DNA of 64,000 nucleotides from Escherichia coli (GTDB lineage Bacteria; Pseudomonadota; Gammaproteobacteria; Enterobacterales; Enterobacteriaceae): NCBI RefSeq assembly GCF_024298765.1, contig NZ_CP101210.1; one strand, 5' to 3'. Shown piece by piece: positions 57,249 to 64,000 of this stretch (position 1 is its first letter; each line of letters starts with the position of its first letter). The notes under the pieces were generated by a model. It saw only the letters and a program-made list of their open reading frames with translations, ran no database searches and was not told where the DNA came from. The position numbers and the translations under genes were made by a program.

Positions 57249-57263
57249 TCTCTCTATTTTCCT

Positions 57264-58160
57264 TCAGTAACAGCAATAGCGAATAAAATAAAAAAATACC
57301 GGAGCGGTGAAAATTAATGAGTCAATCCTGTCAAGGAGTCCGCCATGTCCTGGTAATAGTTTTCCACTATCTTTAACACCAACATCTCGTTTGATGGCTG
57401 ACATCACTACATCGCCGCAAAAACCACTAATACCAATTAACAAACCCGCTAATAATGCCTGTAATGTATCTAGCGGTGTCAGTAACGGTCCAATAATCAG
57501 TGACACAATCATGGTAGTGATTACGCCCCCCACCAGACCTTCCAGCGTTTTTCCCGGGCTGACTTTGGGGACCACTTTTCTTCTGCCGCAGGATTTCCCC
57601 CATAAATACTGTGCAATATCGTTTGACTCGGTTAATGCCAAAAGAAATAACACCAGTAACGCCTCGCCCTGGATATTTGTGGTTGGCAACATTAATAACC
57701 AGGCGGTATGACTCAAGGCGAAAACGGTCATTATCCAGCCACAAAAAATGGCGCTCACGGTATGCAGAAAACCGGAGGGTTCACCCACAAAAACTCGCCA
57801 GGTGGCTAATATCAGAAACCCAAACAAAGGTATAAATAACAGAAACAGCTCAAAGCAATTTAAACCGATAAGCAAATAGTTAAGAGGAATAACCCAATAT
57901 AACCAACGCGGAAAATGTACGGATATAAGCGTACAATATTCTTTCAATGCCAGAAAACTTATCAGCGCAAAAAACGTCAACGTCACCCAGCGTGGACCTG
58001 AAATCACCAGTGAAAAACAAATGACGATGCCCCACCAGGTACGAATACGTAATGTAACTTCATCCCCTTTTCTCTCCGGTAACCGCCATACCAGAAAACG
58101 GTTTATCAGCATTGCTAAAATTAACAACGCGAAAAGTGTTGCCAGAGATTTTTCCAGCAT
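57264..58160 (-). CDS. ynbB: CDP-diglyceride synthetase family protein
   Basis: 298-aa hydrophobic ORF. Confidence 0.85.
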   Translation of the reverse strand: MLEKSLATLFALLILAMLINRFLVWRLPERKGDEVTLRIRTWWGIVICFSLVISGPRWVTLTFFALISFLALKEYCTLISVHFPRWLYWVIPLNYLLIGLNCFELFLLFIPLFGFLILATWRVFVGEPSGFLHTVSAIFCGWIMTVFALSHTAWLLMLPTTNIQGEALLVLFLLALTESNDIAQYLWGKSCGRRKVVPKVSPGKTLEGLVGGVITTMIVSLIIGPLLTPLDTLQALLAGLLIGISGFCGDVVMSAIKRDVGVKDSGKLLPGHGGLLDRIDSLIFTAPVFFYFIRYCCY

Positions 58161-58771
58161 TATTTTTCAGCGTTCATCAGGAGCACACTCCGACAACGAT
58201 TAATCGCAGTCCAGAGAAGCAGAATTGAAGCAATGCTCCATAAAAGATTATTCCATTGCATCCACTGTGGATAAATGGCAACGGCCAGCACCCACAACCC
58301 AAATATTAACGCGCGATCGCTTTTGCCAAATGGACCGGCATAACTGCGAATACCGTTAATCGTCTGCGCGAGTAAACCGCAAAACTCAGTCAATATGGTG
58401 CAAAATAACATGAGTATTACGAGTGATGCGTTACTTTCCGGTAAAAATAAAAACGGTAAATAAAGCGCAATATCGGAAATAACATCGCCAGTTTCATTCA
58501 AAATCGCCCCATGACGTGTTTGCTGATTGCACTCACGCGCCATCATGCCATCCAGCGCATTGAGTGCCATACGGACAAAAAGCACGATGGGCAATAGCAG
58601 AAACATGCCATGATATGGCACCAACGCCAACAACAAACCGGTGAGAAGAGAAAGTGCCAACGCGGCAAGGGTGATCTGATTTGCAGACACTTGCCGCTTA
58701 TGAAGCCAAAACATCGTCGGCCTTAACAGTGACTGAAAGAGCGGTTTTATCTGGTAGAGCGTCATTATCAA
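58160..58771 (-). CDS. ynbA: CDP-alcohol phosphatidyltransferase family protein
   Basis: 203-aa ORF. Confidence 0.85.
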   Translation of the reverse strand: MIMTLYQIKPLFQSLLRPTMFWLHKRQVSANQITLAALALSLLTGLLLALVPYHGMFLLLPIVLFVRMALNALDGMMARECNQQTRHGAILNETGDVISDIALYLPFLFLPESNASLVILMLFCTILTEFCGLLAQTINGIRSYAGPFGKSDRALIFGLWVLAVAIYPQWMQWNNLLWSIASILLLWTAINRCRSVLLMNAEK

Positions 58772-58917
58772 TCCTTGATAATTCTGTTTGCGCTATGGTG
58801 CATCAATTGCCCTGGCAGAGATATCGCAACACGCCGCTTCATTAAAAATTCAGAATATATCAAGGTATTGGGGCTCACTGTCAGGAATGATTATCCCCAA
58901 TTAATCAAATAGTTAAA

Positions 58918-60280
58918 AATATTACGCTGTTATTCAATGCAACTCATCAAGTTTTCTCATCGCTTGTTCCCGTATTGCGCGCGTCTTACCGTTAAGCGCC
59001 AGCTGGCGGACTAAATCCAGTTCAGGGTTAACAAGCTCTAACGCCAGCAAAGGATCACGTTTCAGCCTCGCCTTTAATACATCAACTGGAAAACGGGGAT
59101 TATTCATCGCCACAATCCACCACTCGGGATCAATTTCTGCCGCCAGTACTGCAGGCGGTGTGTGGCGGTTGTTAAGTGCGCCGAACTTGAAAAATGTGAG
59201 ATTGCTTTTCGCCAGTGTACTCCACCATATACGATCCGGTTGTTTTGCCAGTACATCCAGTTGTGCTAACGCATCGGGTTCTAGTGCATAATAAACACGT
59301 AACGCTTCGTTAACCTGCGCACGGGAACTGTTTTCCTGCCTCAGAAAAAACTTCGCCCAAATATCATTTCGTGGCGTGTTTTGCTGTAATTCCTTTAAGC
59401 CTTGGGAGAGTTCGCATTATGGCAAGATCAAATGTCGCAATGTCTCGTCCTTCAAATGCAGCAACGTTGCCTTCATCCAGCATTTGCAATTCCTGCAATA
59501 ATTCAGGAGAAGACTTAGGGCGAAACAGCGCTTCTTTTTTCATCTGATTACAGACATTCCCTGCTATGCGAATATTGCTTCGCTTAAAAATTTCTTTCAG
59601 AGCATCTTCATCATTTATTAGGCCCCAATAATATGCATCAGGATTTATTATCATCAGCGCTTTTTTGACATTTTCAGTGTCATTTTTGTCACTCGCACGG
59701 ACCATGAATTCACTATTTGTCGAAGATGCAACAACAGGTGCAATTATGTCATTGATAAATATCCCGCGCGCATTAATACTTCCCTTAATCGTAGACGGAT
59801 TATCGTAATATGAGTCGATAAATACCAGTCCACTTGCATTTATCGAACCGGTAATTAACAGTGGTGAATCCGTAACTATATTCGTTGCCGTTACGTTACG
59901 TTACGTTACGTTACGTTACGTTACGTTACGTTACCGAGAATAACCCATGGATTAGAAAGAGAGAAAGTGGAAATATTACCTTTGACTGTCAAATTGCCAA
60001 GAACAATCAATTTTTGATTACTCTCTATATTACCTTCTACCATTAAATCGCCACGATGCACTTTCCAGTCCGATGCAGATAAACCGACGGGGACAAGATT
60101 CACGCTACTGTTGATAGCTTGTTCAACTTGTTGTTTATCTTCAGCGGTAGCCGCAGAAAAAAATGGTTCAATATCAACTGCATTTACAACACATCGAAGT
60201 TCCGCCTGTACTGGAAGACTCAGCATAAACAGGGGAAGTAAACCTATCCAGCTGCAAATCCTGGGCTTAAACATATGCAC
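58918..60280 (-). pseudogene. ydbD: ydbD-like secreted repeat protein, disrupted (N-terminal 119-aa ORF ends in the pentanucleotide repeat; downstream frame continues separately)
   Basis: ORF 59921..60280 has signal peptide; hand translation shows a continuous frame from 59889 down to 59364; assignment by synteny. Confidence 0.5.
59889..59933. repeat. Pentanucleotide microsatellite (CGTTA)9 (TAACG on the coding strand)
   Basis: Nine perfect tandem 5-nt units; on the minus strand TAA appears in every frame. Confidence 0.95.
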
Positions 60281-60299
60281 TCCATGCCATTAAAAAAGA

Positions 60300-61045
60300 A
60301 TAAATATCCTCCGGCATAGCCGGAGGTTTTTCAAATGCGCCTATAAGGCTCTCTTACCAGCCGCGCCCTAACAGGCGCACACGATCTGACATTTGCATCC
60401 AACTTCGTTACTTACGGCCCGTAAACGGGCTGCCCGGATAGGGAATCGATAACTGCTCTCCCATTTTATCCTCTTCAAGCTGGTGCTTTATGTAATCCTG
60501 TATCTTCGCCGTGTTCTTACCCACCGTATCGACGTAGTACCCTCTGCACCAGAACTCTCTGTTCCTGTATTTGAATTTCAAATCACCAAACTGCTCGTAA
60601 AGCATCAGACTGCTTTTCCCTTTCAGATATCCCATAAAGCCGGATACACTCATTTTGGGCGGGATCTCCACAAGCATATGGATATGATCTGCACAGCATT
60701 CAGCTTCAAGAATCCGTACGCTTTTCCACTCACACAGCTTTCTCAAAATACTGCCTATTGCTCTACGCTTCTCTCTGTAGAACACTTGTCTTCGGTATTT
60801 TGGCGCAAAAACTATGTGATATTTACAGTTCCATCGGGTGTGCGCTAAGCTCTTTTCGTTCCCCATTGGGACCCCCTTTTGATTTCTTGTTTGACACTTG
60901 CAGTTGCCAGACCGCAAGGTGTTTTAACAAATCAAAAGGGGTTTTAATAACTGGCTCAAAGCTGAAAGCTTTCCGGAACCCCCAGCCTAGCTGGGGGTTT
61001 TCTGTGCACAAACAAAAGGGAAATGCATCTTTCCCTTTTGTATAT
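60300..61045 (-). mobile_element. IS200-family insertion sequence (boundaries approximate)
   Basis: tnpA plus terminal hairpins CCTCCGGC-ata-GCCGGAGG (60308-60326) and AACCCCCAGC-ctag-GCTGGGGGTT (60979-61002). Confidence 0.65.
60408..60866 (-). CDS. tnpA: IS200/IS605-family Y1 transposase TnpA
   Basis: ORF trimmed to MGNEKSLAHTRWNCKYHIVFAPKYRR (152 aa); HxH motif ADHIHML. Confidence 0.85.
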   Translation of the reverse strand: MGNEKSLAHTRWNCKYHIVFAPKYRRQVFYREKRRAIGSILRKLCEWKSVRILEAECCADHIHMLVEIPPKMSVSGFMGYLKGKSSLMLYEQFGDLKFKYRNREFWCRGYYVDTVGKNTAKIQDYIKHQLEEDKMGEQLSIPYPGSPFTGRK

Positions 61046-61048
61046 TCG

Positions 61049-61909
61049 TTATTCTCGCGAAATACCGTCCAACGTAGACAACACTTCCTCAGAAAGATGC
61101 AATTTTTCAGCAGCCATATTCTCCCGTAAATGCGCAACAGAAGACGTCCCTGGGATCAGCAAAATATTCGGTGAACGCTGTAACAGCCACGCCAGCGCCA
61201 CCTGCATTGGTGTTGCGCCCAGGCTCGCTGCTACATCCGAAAGTGTGGAGGATTGCAGCGGCGTAAAGCCCCCAAGCGGAAAGAACGGCACGTAGGCAAT
61301 GCCGTCACGAGCCAAAGCATCAATCATTGCGTCATCAGCACGATGAGCAATGTTGTATTCGTTCTGCACACAGACGATTTCGGTAATCTTACGCGCCTCT
61401 GCAACCTGCGTCGGTGTAACGTTGCTCAGACCAATATGTTTTACCAGGCCTTGTTGTTGCATCTCTGCCAGTACGGTCAGGCTGGCTTCAATCGATCCTT
61501 CCGCTGGGCCATGACCATCCCCCATCATAACGCGCAGGTTAACCACATCCAGTGCGCCCAGCCCGAGATTACGTAGATTATCGTGCACCGCTTTTTGCAG
61601 CTCTGCCGGAGAAAATGCGGGCAACCAGGATGCGTCCTCTCCACGCCGCGCACCAATTTTAGTGACAATTGTCAGGTCGTCAGAGTAAGGATAAAGCGCT
61701 TCGCGGATAATCTGATTGGTGACGTGCGGACCATAAAAGTCGCTGGTATCAATATGATTGACGCCCAATGCCAGCGCCTCACGCAGCACGGTTATAGCGA
61801 CGTGGCGATCTCTTGGGGGGCCAAAAACCCCAGGACCTGCCAGTTGCATCGCGCCATAACCAAGACGGTTAACGGATTTTGTACCGAGAGTAAATGTATT
61901 GCTGCTCAT
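61049..61909 (-). CDS. pdxI: Aldo-keto reductase (pyridoxine 4-dehydrogenase PdxI/YdbC)
   Basis: ORF 337 aa trimmed to MSSNTFTLG start (286 aa). Confidence 0.8.
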   Translation of the reverse strand: MSSNTFTLGTKSVNRLGYGAMQLAGPGVFGPPRDRHVAITVLREALALGVNHIDTSDFYGPHVTNQIIREALYPYSDDLTIVTKIGARRGEDASWLPAFSPAELQKAVHDNLRNLGLGALDVVNLRVMMGDGHGPAEGSIEASLTVLAEMQQQGLVKHIGLSNVTPTQVAEARKITEIVCVQNEYNIAHRADDAMIDALARDGIAYVPFFPLGGFTPLQSSTLSDVAASLGATPMQVALAWLLQRSPNILLIPGTSSVAHLRENMAAEKLHLSEEVLSTLDGISRE

Positions 61910-62063
61910 CGCACCCTGCCCTGTAATAAAACGGATTAAGAAAAATAGTATAGAAACGAAAAGAGATAAATAATGCGAAGGCGTAAACAAGATTACTGGA
62001 TGAGTTGCTCTATTGCCCTGAAAGACACCAAAACAAAACGCGTCAAGTACCGCATCCGGCAAT

Positions 62064-62094
62064 AAAAAAACCGCAACCTGTATCAGCGTTGCGG
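62064..62094 (-). terminator. Rho-independent terminator downstream of paaY
   Basis: Minus-strand RNA: hairpin CCGCAAC/GTTGCGG followed by U7. Confidence 0.65.
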
Positions 62095-62139
62095 TTTAGG
62101 TATCACATGCTAAAAATTAGAACGTCCAGCATCAGGACG

Positions 62140-62730
62140 TTACTGTTTCGGTCGCAGATTCTCATCAAATACCAGGCGCTGCCTGCCAGGTTCAACTTCC
62201 CGCAATGGCTCAACTTGATGCAACGTCTGCTTACTGCGTGTCACCAGCACCTGATACTCATGCGTGCCCTGCTTTTTCCATGCCAGTTCCTGCTCACTAA
62301 GTTCACGAATCGCTTTTGCCGGGCTGCCGACAATCAGGTAATTAGCAGGCATTTCTGCTTTGGCTTTCACAAATGCGGAAGCGCCAACAATGCTGTTCTC
62401 GCCAATCACCGCACCGTCCATCACTACCGCGTTCATACCCACTAATGCATTGCGGCGGATAATGCAGCCGTGAAGGATAGCGCTATGACCAATATGCCCA
62501 TCTTCTTCCACGACAGTATCCTGATCGGGAAAACCGTGCATAACGCAATTATCCTGAATGTTCGCGCCATCTTTCACCACGATACGACCGAAATCGCCAC
62601 GCAGGCTGGTATTTGGCCCAACGTACACGCCCTTGCCGAGAATAACATCGCCGATCAATACCGCTGTCGGATGGACAAAACTCTCTTCTGGCACAAACGG
62701 AGTCAGACCGTCTATCTGATAAATTGGCAT
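62140..62730 (-). CDS. paaY: Hexapeptide-repeat thioesterase of the phenylacetate pathway
   Basis: 196-aa ORF with left-handed beta-helix hexapeptide repeats. Confidence 0.8.
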   Translation of the reverse strand: MPIYQIDGLTPFVPEESFVHPTAVLIGDVILGKGVYVGPNTSLRGDFGRIVVKDGANIQDNCVMHGFPDQDTVVEEDGHIGHSAILHGCIIRRNALVGMNAVVMDGAVIGENSIVGASAFVKAKAEMPANYLIVGSPAKAIRELSEQELAWKKQGTHEYQVLVTRSKQTLHQVEPLREVEPGRQRLVFDENLRPKQ

Positions 62731-62861
62731 AACGCCTCCTGTTCAATATTCAAGCCGCCAAAACGTTGAAAATACAGGCTTCCCGGCGCAGGCAATTCAC
62801 CGACCGAGGTTTCACCTTTTTCACTAACGAACGCTAAAGCAGCAGGCGCTACGCGCTGATA

Positions 62862-63071
62862 AAGTTTGCCGATAAAGGTTTGGTAGTCGCGCAATATATC
62901 CGTAACCGTCGTCTCGATTTTTGTGCAGATGCGATTCGCCATGCCGCAGATGATGAAAAACTGGCAGGCATTGGCTTTCATTGGGGATTTTCCGACCAGA
63001 GTCATTTTTCAACGGTATTTAAGCAACGCTTTGGGATGACGCCAGGCGAGTATCGACGTAAATTCCGCTAA
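62862..63071 (+). pseudogene. feaR: 3' remnant of an AraC-family regulator gene (probably feaR); only ~70 C-terminal codons
   Basis: C-terminal AraC HTH signature GFSDQSHFSTVFKQRFGMTPGEYRRKFR; in-frame stop upstream at 62859; position next to ydbL matches feaR. Confidence 0.55.
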
Positions 63072-63109
63072 CTAATTCGCGTTGCATGTACAGCAACGCG
63101 AATTAGTTA
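63069..63109. terminator. 41-bp near-perfect palindrome / bidirectional terminator (17-bp perfect arms)
   Basis: TAACTAATTCGCGTTGC-atgtaca-GCAACGCGAATTAGTTA, overlapping the feaR-remnant stop codon. Confidence 0.6.
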
Positions 63110-63242
63110 AAACAGATATTTGACTATGCATTTTTCAGGGCGAAAGGCAATTTGACAGGAATTTTTGAATATTCACGTTGTTTCCGGAAAATAGATTAAT
63201 CGTCTTCTCCTGTAGCGTTATCCCGATATTGCGGTTTTGCTA

Positions 63243-63569
63243 TTAAAATTTTCGCACCCATTTACCGTTTATCCCTTGTACATATTCCCCGGGTTTGGCC
63301 CGTTCTACAAGCTTTTGCCCGGCGAGTTTCGCGATATCATCCACCGACACATTATTCTGCTTTGCCAGTTGTTGATAGCTCGCTTTACGTTCGGCATTGA
63401 TGTCGGTTACTAATTTCTCAGTTTCAGCATCTGTTTTCAGCGCAACCAGATAACCATAAAATGTTTCGCCTACCCGCCCCTGAGTTCTGGCTTCATCCAG
63501 AGTCAATGCCATTACATTGCTGCTTACCAAGCCAACAAGAAATGCACAAAGAAGTAATGTTCTTTTCAT
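63243..63569 (-). CDS. ydbL: DUF1318-family periplasmic protein YdbL
   Basis: ORF trimmed to MKRTLLLCAFLVG start (108 aa). Confidence 0.8.
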   Translation of the reverse strand: MKRTLLLCAFLVGLVSSNVMALTLDEARTQGRVGETFYGYLVALKTDAETEKLVTDINAERKASYQQLAKQNNVSVDDIAKLAGQKLVERAKPGEYVQGINGKWVRKF

Positions 63570-63576
63570 CATCACC

Positions 63577-63762
63577 TCAAAAAAGATCGCTACGGGTCTC
63601 AAGCAGCTCTTCGACATCTTTGTCTGCCTTGATGATGATCTCATGCTCAATTTTAACGTTCATATTGATAGTGATCGGTTCCTTAGGTGCAGCGACTTCA
63701 ATGCGAGGCGTACAGCCAACCAGCATAAAAGATGACGTCAACGCAGCCAGTAAAATTTTCAT
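63577..63762 (-). CDS. ynbE: Small lipoprotein YnbE
   Basis: 61-aa ORF; lipobox LVGC. Confidence 0.8.
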   Translation of the reverse strand: MKILLAALTSSFMLVGCTPRIEVAAPKEPITINMNVKIEHEIIIKADKDVEELLETRSDLF

Positions 63763-64000
63763 TGTTTATCCTCACACTCTTTTCCTTGCGGACAGTCATT
63801 TCCCGGTAGATGCGCGTTCTGCTCCAGCCATGCCTGGAGATTATCGCCAAAGCGTAAACTGCGCCACAGCGTAAAAATATTCTCTTCATGATGGTAATTA
63901 AGATTTACCGTACCGCTTTTACCATCAACGCGACTGGTACCTGTAATATTGGCCTGCATGGTTAATAAACCGAGATTATCTAAATTAATTTTTGTCGATG
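63759..64000 (-). CDS. ydbH: 3' end of ydbH (partial, continues beyond window)
   Basis: Open minus-strand frame to window edge, overlapping ynbE start; assignment by synteny. Confidence 0.6.
   Translation of the reverse strand, partial: STKINLDNLGLLTMQANITGTSRVDGKSGTVNLNYHHEENIFTLWRSLRFGDNLQAWLEQNAHLPGNDCPQGKECEDKQ

Noticed and set aside
62712..63005. 97-aa minus-strand ORF, considered as a paaX remnant
   Set aside because: Most of it overlaps the AraC-type fragment on the plus strand, which has a clear HTH signature; at most the last ~40 codons could be a paaX remnant and I cannot verify that.

Overview
This window reads as an Escherichia coli chromosomal segment: a conserved core block (ansP to ydbH, gene order recognised from memory of K-12, in inverted orientation) preceded by about 11.7 kb of accessory DNA. 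All calls are from reading the sequence and the ORF track; no database search was run. The accessory part (1-11700) carries a GGDEF diguanylate cyclase, a truncated H-repeat transposase remnant, a SymE-like type I toxin gene with a possible LexA box, and an orphan type VI secretion effector module on the minus strand: vgrG, a DUF1795/Eag-type chaperone, a prePAAR-TMD-PAAR-Rhs effector and a small putative immunity gene. The Rhs gene is interrupted by a +1 frameshift in a G7/C7 homopolymer exactly between the two DPxGL motifs, so the C-terminal toxin domain lies out of frame. Upstream of vgrG sits an AT-rich pair: an HExxHxxQ metallopeptidase-motif protein overlapping a small lipoprotein, a candidate effector/immunity pair. 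The core block contains the ydcSTUV transporter, hicAB, hokB/mokB, trg, an intact gapC, aldA, hrpA, azoR and ynbABCD, with strain-specific changes at the far end: a (CGTTA)9 microsatellite that puts stops in a ydbD-like gene, an IS200 insertion, and a compact pdxI-paaY-feaR-remnant junction lacking ydbA and most of the paa/fea/tynA cluster. No rRNA, tRNA or CRISPR array was seen.
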